From assembly GCA_054600435.1 (NCBI GenBank), contig BAAIJX010000001.1, positions 62,001 to 126,000 on the forward strand: 64,000 bases of DNA, read 5' to 3'. Under the pieces are notes generated by a model. It was not told where the DNA came from, did no database searches, and saw nothing but the letters and a program-made list of their open reading frames with translations. This document shows positions 12,473 through 24,832 of the stretch, piece after piece. Made by a program: the position numbers and the translations under genes. Numbering within the stretch: the stretch's first letter is position 1; each line of letters begins with the position of its first letter. The DNA comes from Neophaeotheca triangularis. Its lineage: Eukaryota.

Positions 12473-14255
12473 CTAACCCTGGTAACCACCATACCCACCC
12501 CTGCCACCGCCAAAGGGTCCCGCACTCTGCGGACCACCGGGCTGACCGTGCGACGCGCCAGGGAAACCGCCAGGAGGGCCGCCCATTCCGTAGCCACCAG
12601 CGCTCTGAGGTGCCATGTGAGGAGGTTGGCCGTAACCTTGCATGGGCGGCTGGCCGAGGTGGGGCGTCTGCGGGCCTGGGAATTGGGGTCCGCCGTAGCT
12701 GGCTGGGGTGCCGAAGGCGCCGCCAGGAGAAGGGCCTGTGGCGGGCGACATGGGGTTTGGTGCGCCAGCGTACTGGGGAAAAAAGGTTTGAGGGGTGGGT
12801 GGGTAGCCACCTGGGCCGGGTTGAGGGGCGAAGGGGGTTTGGGGGGTTTGGGCGTCGAACTGACCCGTTGGGGGACGGTCTTTGCCCCACTGTGAGATTA
12901 GGTGTTAGTCGGGGTGTACTATGCGTGGTGTTGAGGGTGAAAAAAGACTTACGCTGCATTTAAGGGGACGGCCGTTAACCTGGTACCCGCTCAACTGGCA
13001 GATGGCCATTGCTGCGTTCTCGTGGGTGTCCATCTTGACGAAGGCGAAGCCGCGGTCCGACTGGAACCGGGTTTCGGTGACATAGCCGAAGTTCTGGAAA
13101 AGGGGGACGAGGTCGTTCTGAGTCGTGTAGGGCGTAAGATTGCCAACGTAGCAAGTCGTCTGCCATTGCGGAGTCTGCTGCACGACCATTTCGTAAGATT
13201 GAGCACCTTGGGTAGGGAAGGAGTGGTGGCCGTAGGGAGTGGTGGGGGTCATGCCCATTTGCGCCATGGCTTGCTGTTGACTAAACGAAGGCTGGCCTTT
13301 TTGGTTGGCCCAGTTGCAGCGAATCGCACGAGAGCCGAGCCATTCACCGTCCATGGCAGAGAGAGCCTTCTCAGCTTCGCCACGGTCACGGAAGGCCACG
13401 AAGCCGTAACCGCGAGAACGGCCTGTCTTCATATCCCACATGACACGTGCTTCGGAGACGTTGCCAAAAGCCGAAAAGGCTTGAAGGAGGACTTCATCGT
13501 TGACCTCATTAGAAAGATCGCCGACAAAGATGTGGAAGTGGTTCGACGTATCTTCCTTGGAAGTGTTGTTGGATTGATAGGCCCAGTTGACACGAATCTC
13601 CTGTTGGTGGACACGACGCCCATTAAGCGTTTGCATGGCACGTTCAGCTGCACCCGGGTCGTCGTACTCTACGAAGCCGTAGTTGAAGCCCTTGGACTGG
13701 AACTGGGAGGGGTGGTAGGTCAGCATGATGTGTGCTAGTGTTGATGTTGTGGTTGGTTTGACGTTTGCTGGAAGGCGGTGAGTTCCACTCCAACAAACTG
13801 CAAGCTCTTATAGCCGCCAGCAAACACGTGGATTGCATGTACTCATTCACGGAGTAGGCACATGTCAAACGCTATTGCGACTGAACCGCAACAAAGACAG
13901 ATGCGTAGGAAAAGAGATTACTCACGTTCTTGTCCGGGATGATCTTGACGTTTTGCACATGTCCGGTCGTCTCGAAAATCTGCTTCAACACATCTTCCGT
14001 GACCCTCGGGTCGAGTCCACCCACGTACAAAGCCCGCTTGTTCGGCTCCGGCGCAGCCCTACGAATACCACTGTTGGGCGAGATAGCGGACTCGGGGCCA
14101 CCGGGCATGGGGTTGTTGTTCTGCGAGGTGTTGATAGGTGGGAGAGGAGGCGGTGGCATGTGGGCCTGGGCGCCGTTTTCGTAGCCTGGCTGTCCAGGCG
14201 CGACACCCGGGTGTGGGGGTAGGGAGGTAGACATCGAGGATGGAGGAGCGGCCAT
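12473..14255 (-). CDS. PUB1: Poly(U)/poly(A)-RNA-binding protein Pub1 (TIA-1 family, three RRMs, Gly/Pro/Gln-rich tail); introns 13925-13703 (or -13697) and 12952-12890
   Basis: RRM1 ALYVGGLDPRVTEDVLKQIF/NYGFVEY, RRM2 HIFVGDLSNEVNDEVL/RGYGFVAF, RRM3 CYVGNLTPY/RGFAFVKM; last intron GTAAGT...GACTAAC...CAG joins to WGKDRPPT. Confidence 0.95.
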
Positions 14256-14540
14256 TAATGATGAAGTCGAGTACAGCAACTGTCTTGATGGCAACGCGAA
14301 AAGGGAAGCTAGAGCTGGGAGAGAGTTAGGCTTACTGGACGAATTGGTCGAGTCTCGAGTGTTGAACGTACAAGGAGATATAGAGGTGTGAAAGTTGTTG
14401 ATCGAGTACTTCCCACAATGCGCCTTGCAACTCGAGAAAGGTCGGGTATCCGCTGTGATATGCGATGCGAGACGACGCGGCGAGAGAAAGCGCTGATGCA
14501 AGAAGAGCTTCGCGCAGGACTGGACGGAAGGGCGAGGGGG

Positions 14541-15151
14541 GTGGTAGTAGTAGTGGTAGTAGTAGTAGTAGTAGTACTAGTACTCGTAGGTAGGAAAGCT
14601 GCTAGTCGGACAAGAAAGCTCGTCAAGGCAAGGAAAAGGGCATGGAGAGAGAGAGAGAGAGAGAGAGCAAGGAGACAGACACGGGAAGCAGAACAAGAGG
14701 AAAAAGACAAGGACTAAGCCTTAAAAGAAACCTCGACTGGAGCTGATCCGGAGGGTGGTAGTGTGTGTGTGTGTGGAAGGGAAAAGGAGAGTGGGAGTTG
14801 GAGTTGGACTTGGAGGAAGAAGAGGAGGAGGGGGGGGAACAACAAGCTGCAGCAGCTTCACAAGTAAGATTGAAGAGACAGGGCGCTAATTCTTATTCGG
14901 TTCCGTTGGCTGCTGCGGCTCAACGTCGGTTCTGCCCACGCGACGGCCCGCCCTTTACACACACACACACACACCTGACCGGGCGCTAAGGGGAAAGGGG
15001 GAAGGGCGTTCGCGGATACCACAAGAGGCTAAGGTCAACTCTGTTCAGACGTCGTCTATTGATCTTCACCCATCACCACCACCACCACTACCACTACCAC
15101 CACTACCACCACTACCACCACTACCACCACTACCACTATTACCACCATCAC
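14541..15151. repeat. Microsatellite cluster in the PUB1/Med2-like divergent intergenic region: (GTA)n 14541-14576, (GA)n 14645-14667, (AC)n 14957-14974, (CAC/TAC)n 15069-15151
   Basis: Direct reading. Confidence 0.9.
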
Positions 15152-15293
15152 TATCTAGCTCTACATACCCAACGTCAATCACTTGCTCCTCGTGCAGATC
15201 ACGTGTCCTTCGATACACTACTACTTGCTCCGACCAATCCAAGCATTGCTGTTTACCTCTTCAATCGTTCCACTCTCTCCATTGACCTCTAAG

Positions 15294-16823
15294 ATGGCCT
15301 CCTCCAACCCAGCACATACACAGGCTCTTGATCGATTACAACATGAAGTCAATCTCATAGTACGTGACCATCATACTGTTTAGACCAGAAGAATCGCTCA
15401 CACATCCCAGCTCGAGTACACCGGAAGGATGTTTGCCGCCTCGACCAAAGAGCACGGTGTTCCAGGCGCGCAAGCATTGCGTCTGAAGCGAGAGATACCA
15501 ACCTCTATGAACCGGTTCCACGATGCTCTCGATTCATTAGAAGGCGAGATCCAAACCGCACAAGCAGTTATGCGTCGTGATCTGGCTGCCTGTCGAGAAA
15601 AGGCCGATCAGAAGCCACAGACCGAGGATGTCGAAATGACCAACAGCCAAGCCGAAGCAAACAAAGACGATGCTGCTGTCAACACATCGACGCACAACCC
15701 TACTAATGCCGAAGACGTCAAACATAGCGCCGAGATGGAGATCGATCAATCCCAAGAAGCCTCGACTGAAAGCGCAGCAGAAACCCAGCCAAAACCCGAA
15801 GAGGCGAAACCCTCTGCTGAAAACAGCCCGGACCTTCTAGCCAACCTCGACCGTGAACTAAACTCACAACAGACGCAGCCGGATCAGAAACAAGAAACCA
15901 CCACAACAAAGACTTCCAGTCCGCCACAATCTCAGCCTACATTCCAAGAACCAAGCCCTACTGCTCAAGCCAACCCAACAAACGATCTCGATTCTCTCTT
16001 CAGCGAACCCCCAAGCACCAACAGCACTACCAACCCAGATCAAAACTCTTTCCCTTTCACCAGCATCGCCAACTCCGAGAATCCGAACAATTCGAATAAC
16101 AATGAGCCCTCACCCCCAGAATTCGATTTCAATGACTTTACCACCAACAACGACACAAACGCTATCACCGTCCCCAACTCCAGCAACCTCGACGCACAAC
16201 GTGATCCCCCAGCCCCGATAATCACAACCACAAACACAAACACGCATACCACCACCAGTTCCGCAGACGGGAGCAACGCCAACAGCGACTCCGGAGCCCT
16301 CTCAGCCCTCATCCCAGGCCTACAAGAATACGCCAACGACGACGACGCACTCCCGATAACCACGAACCCCTCAACACAGGACCTGCAATCCCAAACTCAA
16401 ACCCAAACCCAAACCGACAACTCCACCGCCCAAACCTCCGAACAACCACAACAATTCCCCCTCGGCCCCACCGCCACCACCGCCACCACCACCACGACGA
16501 CGTCCACAACCCAACCCCCCGATTTCAACTTCAACGACACAGCCTCCGCAAGCGCCAGCAGCGTCAACGCCGCCGATTTGGATTTCGGAAACCTCTTCGG
16601 TGACATCTCCGGCACCGACAATAACAACATGAACAACAACTCTGCCAATTTTGCCACGGACACGAATTTCGACGATTTCTTGGATTTTGCCGATCTCGAT
16701 GCGGCGGGGGCGGGAGATGGAAGTGCTGGGAGTTGGAGCGGGGGGTTTGGGGATGGGATGGGGGATGGTAAGGGCGGGGCGGGGAGTGGGGCGGATTTGG
16801 AGTTTGATTTTGGGTTCGGGTAG
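15294..16823 (+). CDS. Putative Mediator tail subunit Med2/Med29-like protein; intron 15360-15410
   Basis: ATG 15294, GTACGT...GCTCAC...CAG intron in phase 0; helical N-terminus with RFHDALDSLEGEIQTA followed by long T/N/D-rich region with DFxF repeats. Confidence 0.55.
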
Positions 16824-17185
16824 GTTGGTGGCTGTCTCTAATGTTGGGTAGAGGGATGGAGAGTAGTCTTGTCGTTAATGGGGGAGTTTGTTAGGGGAAG
16901 ATTTGTGGTTGTACGTGATGGGAGCCTTGGGTTTCCAGTCTTCTTGTTGTCTTCGCGATAGATAAGACGTGCTGAAGCGACTACCGGTTAGTAACGAGCG
17001 AAACTTGTTAGCTTGCTCGTGGGAATTTGCGGGCTTGGATAAAGAAAGATGAGATTAGAGTTCGCCTCCGGGGCGCTTGCACCGTTCAGCATGAATAGGA
17101 ACGGGCAAGGCTGTGAACAATCCTCCAAACTGCGACTTGGTAAGCTATTTTTAAGAATACATTTAACAAGCTACTACCCCTACTC

Positions 17186-20053
17186 CTACAACCGGATATG
17201 ATCAATCTCGTACAACCCCACCCTGCGACTGTGCTCGCGAGCAGCAACCCTACTCTTACCCTTGCGCCCCTTTCCACCCCTCCTCTCACGATCCAGCGCC
17301 TCGCTCCTCCCACCCAGCGGCATCATGGCGGCCCCCTCGACGCCTTCCTCCGCCTTGGCTCGCTCTTCGGCTTCAATAAGCGGTCCGTACCGTCCCAGCT
17401 CTTGCAAGAAACCCTCAAGCGAGAAGTTCTGGTAACATCCTTCCAGCCCGGCGCCGATTTCGCTGGACAGGGTGTCGATGACTTCGGCCGTGCTTTCGTT
17501 GTCGCCGGCCATGCCGACCAGCCAGCCGGACATGCCGACCGCGTCGATTGTGGCGTTGAGCATGTCGCTGATGACCGTGATGGAGCCGTCCAAGGGGCGG
17601 GATTGGGCGTCTTTGTCGCCAGGTTTGGTGTTGGCGTCTGAAGAAGTTTCGGTCGGCGTGCTACTGCCGTCGACATATCGCCGCGTCCATCCGCCATCTG
17701 CGAGTTCTATGCGTAGGATGTTGATGAAGAAGCGGAGGTCTTGGTGGGAGAGCATGGCGCGCATTGAAGCGGTGGTTTCGCGCTGGGGGAAAGCGTGTAA
17801 GCGTGCCAGAGTGTGGCGGAGGGCGTCGCTGCGGGCTTCGAGGCCGTGGTTGAGGGCTTGGTAGGCGTGCTCGAGCTCATGTTCCGCTAGGTCTGTTTCG
17901 GTGTCGAGGGTACTTGTGTTGTTTTCAGGGATGGCATTTTTGTTGGGCGTGGCTGGATTTTGACTTGAGGCTAGCTCGCCGGCTGTGGGGAGGGGGAAAG
18001 GAGAGTTGGGGCGGGAAGGTGTAGTATCGAAGGATTGGACTAGGAGCTTGAGCGCTTGAGTTGTGTCACTGATTTCGAGGCGGCAGGGCAGACCGAGGAC
18101 TTCTCGCATCACTAAAAAGTCGTTGGAGAAGTTGAGGAAAGAGGTGAAGAGGTCGCCGGGCTTGAGTGTTATGCCTGCGGCGGGGAGGCTTTCGTATTTG
18201 TCGAGCGCTTGCTGGAGCGAGGTAGTCGAGAGGCAGCCCATGTGTCCGATCCAGTGAAGAAGCTTCGGTGACAGAAAACTGAGCTCGATACCTGGGGATT
18301 GGTATGGCTCCTCGACTGCGGGACCGAACATGCGACCAAAGATGTAGAGTGCCTTACCGAGGTTATCCTGTCGGCTGTTTTGCGACATTCTGGAAAGGTC
18401 CCAAGCAACGGCTTGAGTACTGATTGTACCCGCTGCAGACGAAGCATTTCCTTCCGTGTTCGCGTCATTGTCAGGCTGCTGGCTGACATCTCCAATTTTG
18501 ACTTGTTCTACGGCAGCCTTTTGCTGCTTCGAAAGACCCAGATCGTGTGCAACAAGCGCTTCTAGCCCCTCGAGGTCGCCTTCCTCGATCAGGTTGTCCG
18601 CTTTGCTTTGCCAGTTGCGCCACCTCTCCAATCGCTTTGCCTGCTCACTTGCTGCTCCACCCGTCTTCAATCCAGTAGTTTGTGAATCCCTGTTCAAGAG
18701 GTCTACGAGGAGGAACCCTTGGGATTTTGGCCTTCCTTCTGTTTTGAGGTCGTCATTGATCTGGATGCCGACCAGGTTATTTCCAGAAATCGCAGCGATC
18801 AAGCCAGTCTCAGCGAAACTTGAGATTACTTCTAGCTTCGAGGATGGTGTTGTTTCTTCGCCTTCCCTTTTGCGCTTCTTTTCCCGGACACCGGACTTTG
18901 AGGAGCTGAAAGATGTGGTAGCTCGTGTTGAGCCATATTTGGTCTCGATCACAGTGGCGCCAGAGCCCGAGAGCGTGATGTATGAATCATGTGTCAATCG
19001 AGCTATACCGTCAACAACGGCTGCGCTTGTGGTGATATTGTGCGCAACAGCAGGTACTGTGCGAGCGAGATCCAGGACCGTGACTTGGGAATGCTGCAGC
19101 TGACAAAGTTTGCCCGTTGGTGCGTGAAAGTCGTAGATCGCATTCTCGGTCGTGTATCGAGGGATGGGTAGAGTGTATCTCATGACAATCTCTAATGCGT
19201 GGCCGAATGTAGTAATGGCGTCCTCGGGGCGTGCTTTGATTGACATGAGCTGCAGTTCCCTAGTTTTTGAAACCTCGTTGTTCACGATGCGGCAGCATAA
19301 CGCAGCCATCGGACGCATGCTTCCCTCATTGCCCATTGCAGCCAGCAAATCTTCCCTTTCTTTCAGCAGTCCTTTGCGCGCACTTTCCAGGTCCAATATC
19401 GCGACGTACTCGACGCGGGTCTTCTGGCTTTCTGCGATATACTGCCACAGCTGGGTCTTCAGCTCCTCATCCCAAGCAACGGCATGCCCACTCGCATGAG
19501 TGACTAGAACGTCCCATCCCGTGCTTGCGTCCTCGAATCTATCCCCACGAGGAATGGTCTCGACGCTAACGATATCTCCCTGCTGGACACGGCACTCCTT
19601 CCTCTGTGGCGCCTGCAGCTCATCTGCGGCGTTTACTTCCTGTCGAAGGTCCTCGGTGAAACAAACTAGTCTTCTGTCTTTCGATTTCTGTCCATCTTTG
19701 AGCACGACATAGGTTCTGCGCTGAGCTGGCGATGTCTGAGACCTTCGACGGTAGACGGAGCACGGTGGGCAGCAAAGGTAAGAGTGAGACGGTATGGCGT
19801 AAGAAGTGACTAGCGACTGGTTCTGGGCCTTTTGGGGTGTTATTGGTGGTGACAATGACTGTGAAGTTGGCCCAAGACTCACATTGTAGATGTTCACAGT
19901 CTCACCGTCAACACCGACGGCGACTTCGTGCCTCTTGCGCTTCCTTGATCCGCGAAGGCTGTATACCGGCGCAGCGCGTGTTTTTCCGTTGGTCGCATCC
20001 AGTGGCACTGGCAGAGCGGCAATGGTATGCGGGGCCTCGATCGAGACGGACAT
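17186..20053 (-). CDS. UTP8: U3 snoRNA-associated protein Utp8/NOL11-like (UtpA subcomplex); probable in-frame intron 19882-19829
   Basis: N-terminus IEAPHTIAALP...VAVGVDGETVNIY (beta-propeller-like) and C-terminal VGLYEIDHIRL resembling the Utp8/NOL11 YxxExxxx terminus. Confidence 0.65.
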   Translation of the reverse strand: MSVSIEAPHTIAALPVPLDATNGKTRAAPVYSLRGSRKRKRHEVAVGVDGETVNIYNVSLGPTSQSLSPPITPQKAQNQSLVTSYAIPSHSYLCCPPCSVYRRRSQTSPAQRRTYVVLKDGQKSKDRRLVCFTEDLRQEVNAADELQAPQRKECRVQQGDIVSVETIPRGDRFEDASTGWDVLVTHASGHAVAWDEELKTQLWQYIAESQKTRVEYVAILDLESARKGLLKEREDLLAAMGNEGSMRPMAALCCRIVNNEVSKTRELQLMSIKARPEDAITTFGHALEIVMRYTLPIPRYTTENAIYDFHAPTGKLCQLQHSQVTVLDLARTVPAVAHNITTSAAVVDGIARLTHDSYITLSGSGATVIETKYGSTRATTSFSSSKSGVREKKRKREGEETTPSSKLEVISSFAETGLIAAISGNNLVGIQINDDLKTEGRPKSQGFLLVDLLNRDSQTTGLKTGGAASEQAKRLERWRNWQSKADNLIEEGDLEGLEALVAHDLGLSKQQKAAVEQVKIGDVSQQPDNDANTEGNASSAAGTISTQAVAWDLSRMSQNSRQDNLGKALYIFGRMFGPAVEEPYQSPGIELSFLSPKLLHWIGHMGCLSTTSLQQALDKYESLPAAGITLKPGDLFTSFLNFSNDFLVMREVLGLPCRLEISDTTQALKLLVQSFDTTPSRPNSPFPLPTAGELASSQNPATPNKNAIPENNTSTLDTETDLAEHELEHAYQALNHGLEARSDALRHTLARLHAFPQRETTASMRAMLSHQDLRFFINILRIELADGGWTRRYVDGSSTPTETSSDANTKPGDKDAQSRPLDGSITVISDMLNATIDAVGMSGWLVGMAGDNESTAEVIDTLSSEIGAGLEGCYQNFSLEGFLQELGRYGPLIEAEERAKAEEGVEGAAMMPLGGRSEALDRERRGGKGRKGKSRVAAREHSRRVGLYEIDHIRL

Positions 20054-20250
20054 TGCGTTACAACACGACTTGCGAGGCGGCGGTATATATGCTCTACTCC
20101 CGTACCATCAATGTAATGTGCCTTGAACTTTTTCTGCGAGCTTGAAGCTCGAGGGCAAGAATCTTGGCAGACTGATGCGGCTCTACGGTCTGCGGCATCG
20201 GACCGTGGATCCGACATCCGAGGGCTACCTAACCTGGATTGGAAAGCACT

Positions 20251-20285
20251 AAACGCGAGGCGCGTCTCCGTCATCCACCCGCGTC
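20251..20285. promoter_or_regulatory. Three CGCG (MCB/SCB-like) sites upstream of ELG1
   Basis: AAACGCGA 20251-20258, GGCGCGTC 20259-20266, CGCGTC 20280-20285. Confidence 0.45.
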
Positions 20286-20439
20286 TTAATGGAGCTCGAC
20301 TTCGAGTTCGAATTCGAGTATACCTACCTTGACAGTGCCTCATGCACCCTACCGACTGCACATTCGCACCGATCTCCGACGTCCTACTTCGATACAACGT
20401 GCTTCCCATGACGCCGAGACGTGTTTTCATTGCAAGTGA

Positions 20440-23400
20440 ATGGCGGTAGCGGCCGTTGCTAGAGCGATGCAGGAGGAAGAGTCGAGAGTATTGCATCCCT
20501 TCTTCACCCAACCCAATGGTAAGCAAGGCGCCGACACCATTTGCATATAACAAACAGCTCTAATGCAATGGATCAGCCCCTTACACATTAGTAGACCTCG
20601 ACCCAGCCCCAGGGAATGGCGAAATCGAGCCCCAGCAGACTGTCGAAGATGAGCCAACTGTCGAAAACGCAACTGCCACCGCATCGAAACCTACCCGGAG
20701 CAAGACCAAATCGAAGAAAAAATCTGGAATGAGTGACAAAGGCCAGCAGACCTTGAGAGCTCTTGTCAAGCCATCCAACAATGCTGCTGAGGTCTTTGCG
20801 CCCAACGAGACCCCCCACGCTGTCGAGCCGGCGGACACGAATCAGAGTGTCGATGGGAAGAGGCACAAGCGAAGGCGGACAAACCAGGATGAGGATGTAG
20901 AGGTTGGGGCAGATGCACCGGTTGCAGTACAGGCTGCCTCTCCCACCGCCACGCCTCCATCAAAGCCAAGGCGGCAGAGTTCCCCTCGCGTTGACGTACC
21001 AGCATCTTCGCCTTTTCAAAAAGAGACAGGTAGTCGGACAAGGTCTGGAGAGACCGCACGAGTGGAACGCACGCCTCCGAGAAAAGTGCTACGTTTGAAT
21101 GCAAAGGGAACTTTTGGATCTACTCCTCCGCGCAAAGACGACATGGTTCAAGAGGCGGCGCAGAATGCAGAAGAGGAGACTGGGTCAAGTGGAAAGCGTC
21201 AACGGAAACCTAGGAAATCCAAGGAGAAGACAAAGGCGGCGCAAATGCTGGTCACTCTTCCGTACCACGAGAACGAACCTAGGCGAGAAGAGATGGGTGA
21301 GACTATCGATCGCATCTTGGCTGGTACTTTCACTGCTAAACCTGCGACCTCTTCGCCAAAGAAAGTGACGCCAAAGAAGCAAAGAACGCCGCGGAAATTG
21401 AAGGCTACTCACCCCTTCTTCACCGGTAAAGCGAACGAGAAGCCCGAGCCACCAAAACCCGAGTCGCCGCGCAAATTCTCAGCCACGACACCTGGAAAGC
21501 TGCGCAGTCAGGCAAATCGCGATCGAGTGTCGCACGTTAAGATGGACGACATCCCTGAGGCTCCCTACCCAGTTGGATCTGCGCTGCTGAAGGATCGCCT
21601 GATGGTCAAACATCCTGGAGCTCGAGAGCCAGCATGGCCTTCTCGAGAGCAGGTACACGTGCGAGGTATCGACAATGAAGAAGCCGTAGCCAGTGCACTT
21701 CCAAGAACGAATAGAGATGACACGCTGCGTAAGGGCAAGAGCGCGAGGCTCCCCTTTCCGCTCGGCGAATCAATTCTGAGGCATTTCGCTTCGTCCTTGC
21801 AACCCGAGGATGACCCGCGAGCGCGAGACGATGGCTTCCTCGAGCCGCATCCTCAGCTTCAACTACCCCAAAGACTGCTCCTCCCAGGTGTCTCGATTCA
21901 GCAACGTATCTTACCCGAACTCAGCAACGTGTTAGACGATGCCGCTGATGAGCTTTCTGCACCTTCAAGCCAAATCGCTCAGTATGGCGCACTCAAGAAC
22001 CTTTACCACAAATTGCCGAGCACTTTGACAGCCTTTGACGAGGGTAAAGGCGAGCCGCAATCATGGGCACACAAATACGCGCCCGCGGCGGCGGACGAAG
22101 TACTTGGCGGAACTCGAGAAGCTGTGATTCTGCGGGACTGGTTGAACGCACTCACAGTCACAGCAGTTGAGGGCGCGGCAGCACCACCAGAAAAAAAGAC
22201 GACTGCAAAGTCTGAACCGAAACCGAAAAAAAGGCGTCGCAAAAATGACCCCGAGATGGATGATTTCCTCGTGGATGACGAAGATGCCCCTCGCGCAATG
22301 GACGAGCTTTCTGAGAATGAGGATATGGCCACAGACACCCAGAGGAATCAACAGAGATCAGTCGTGCAATCAGCTGATGGTGCTTCTAAACTGAACAATG
22401 CTGTCCTTCTCAGCGGCTCCTACGGTTGTGGGAAGACTGCCGCAGTTTACGCAGTAGCAAAGGAGCTTGGATTCAAAGTCTTTGAGATCAGCTCGTGTGA
22501 CCGGCGCAGCGGCAAGGACGTGCTGGAGAAGGTTGGAGATATGACCGAGAACCACATCGTGAAGCATCACGCGGTGGACGCAGGGGAGCTGTCCGCGGCA
22601 GAAGACAATAAAGCCTTTGACGAGCAGTTTCAGAAAGACCTTGAGAGCGGCCGACAAGGCAAGATGAACGCATTCTTCGCGCCTAAAACGACTGCGAAGC
22701 CACCACTGAAGAAGAAAGCACCTACGAACACTAAAGTACTGGAAGCGCTCAAGCAAGAGGTCAAGAAGCCAGCCAAGGAGCAGCAACAATCACTGATCCT
22801 GCTCGAGGAAGTTGACGTCCTCTTTCGAGATGACAGAGACTTCTGGCAGACCGTCTTCAAGTTAATTGCATCTTCCAAGCGGCCCTTTATCATGACGTGC
22901 AACGACGAAGACCTAGTCCCCTCGCAAGCCATGAATCTGCATGCTATGCTCCGTTTCTCACCTCCCCCGATTGACATTGCGACAGACTACATGCTTCTGC
23001 TCGCTGCCAGTGAAGGCCACCTACTTAAGCGAGAAGCGGTCGCATCGCTGTATCAATCAAAGCAGCGTGACCTCCGAGCAAGTATCTCGGAGCTCGATTT
23101 CTGGTGCCAGATGGGCGTCGGGGACCCTCGAGAGGGCTTAGGCTGGATCTACCAGCGCTGGCCACCGGGAAATGACGTCGATGAGGCCGGCCACAAGCTG
23201 AGATTGGTCAGCGAAGGCACATATCAAGCCGCTATGGGACTTTTGAACGAGGATGCCCTGTCGGAAGAAGACGGCATGAGGCAAGCATGGCGCGAGTTCG
23301 ATATTAGTCCCTTCGACCTTTCAACCTGGAGCAACATGTCGGCCTCAGACTGCTTCTCCCAGAGCGCCGAGAGCGTAAGACCCCTAAGCAGCGCCTACAG

Positions 23401-24166
23401 CCTGAAAGACTTCTCAGCGCTCGCCGAGAGCTTAAGCACCATCGACACCTACACGGCACCGGGATCCCCCTCCACACCCCTCGATACCACACAAGCCCCA
23501 CTCTCCGACAAAAGCCGCGCAAACTACACCGAAGGCCTGCGACTCCTCCAAACCGACTTTCACACCACCACAGGCCTCACGACTGCCCTCGCAACAGCCT
23601 CGACCCTCCTAACTCATCGCCTCTACGACCTCGACCTCCCCCGCTCGACCTCACTTCTCAAGCCAGCGATCCTCCTAACTCACCTCAAACAACCCCCAAA
23701 ACGCCAGGCCCTGACCCGCGCATCCTTCACGCCTCTAGATCCCCTTACCTACCCACCCGAAAACTCCACCTCCACCTCCACAACAAAAGCCCTCGCCCCC
23801 TCCGCCCTCGATGGGCCTTTCGAAACCCTCACGACTGAAATAGCTCCCTATGTGCGTTCTATCGCCCGGCACCAGTTGCGGCAACAGCAGCTACGGGAAA
23901 TAGCTGAGGGGGTTTTGGGAAAGAGGGTCAGGAGTACAAGGGCGGCTAGGAGTGCGGGAGCAGGCCAGGGGGAAAGAGCGAGGGTTAGGGGGTTGATGTG
24001 GTGGGGGGAGAGGCTGGGGCTGGATTTGGAGAGGGTTGTTGGGACTGGGGGCGAGTGGGGGGAGATTGTTGAAGGGGTCTTGCCGGAGGTGCGGTTAGAT
24101 GCGGGAGAGGGTGACGAAAAGCAGATTAGTGATGATGGGGAGGATGGGGAGGGTATGGAGGAGTGA
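20440..24166 (+). CDS. ELG1: Elg1/ATAD5 RFC-like clamp unloader large subunit; intron 20519-20576
   Basis: WAHKYAP, Walker A GSYGCGKT followed by AVAKELGFKVFEI, Walker B LILLEEVDVLF, KRPFIMTCN; upstream exon MAVAAV...HPFF joined by GTAAGC...CTAAT...CAG in correct phase. Confidence 0.9.
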
Positions 24167-24832
24167 GGGTGGCTTTTGACCTGGAGTGTCGTGCTGTGCT
24201 TTGGTTGAGATTAACGTCGTGTTGTGTTTACACACGCAAAGAAAGGACTAGCCAACGGTAAAAAGACGTTTGCGGGTCAGCTGATACATTTCCTTCCAAG
24301 GTAGATACGTCGCTATTGAACCTGAGCTCTGTGCCCATACATAGCTAAAGTACAATTCAATGGCGATCCCTACCACAGGGGCCCTCTATCTATCTCCGGC
24401 CCCTCCCTCCACGCGTGGACTCTTCCAACAGCATCAAAGCGTTAAATAGTGGCGCCACCAAAGCACGAGCGCTCACAACCAGCCGGAACACAAGAGAACT
24501 CGAAACTTGAACAGCCCTTCTATGCCATTGACACCAGGTCCACATCGACTCGTGGGAAAGTCCCGGCCAGGCGAGCGCCAATTCAACCCTCCTTTCACGC
24601 CGAATTTTGACGCAAGAAACCTTCCTCGGACCATCGCTCTTAAGGGCAATATATTAGCGACGTCTTCTTTACAGAGTGAAAATGTTGCACGGAGTCCATT
24701 GATTACATAACGCAACGGTCTAACGATCCTAGCCCTACGAGGGTCTGGGACACCAAACCATGCAATTTGGTGCAGGACAGAGAACAGGGACGACCAGATT
24801 TAGCTGTCTACTGCAGCGGCGCCGGTAGTAAC

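Noticed and set aside
15059..15292. Poly-His/Tyr ORF suggesting a metal-binding peptide
   Set aside because: TTG start, produced entirely by a (CAC/TAC)n microsatellite in the leader of the next gene
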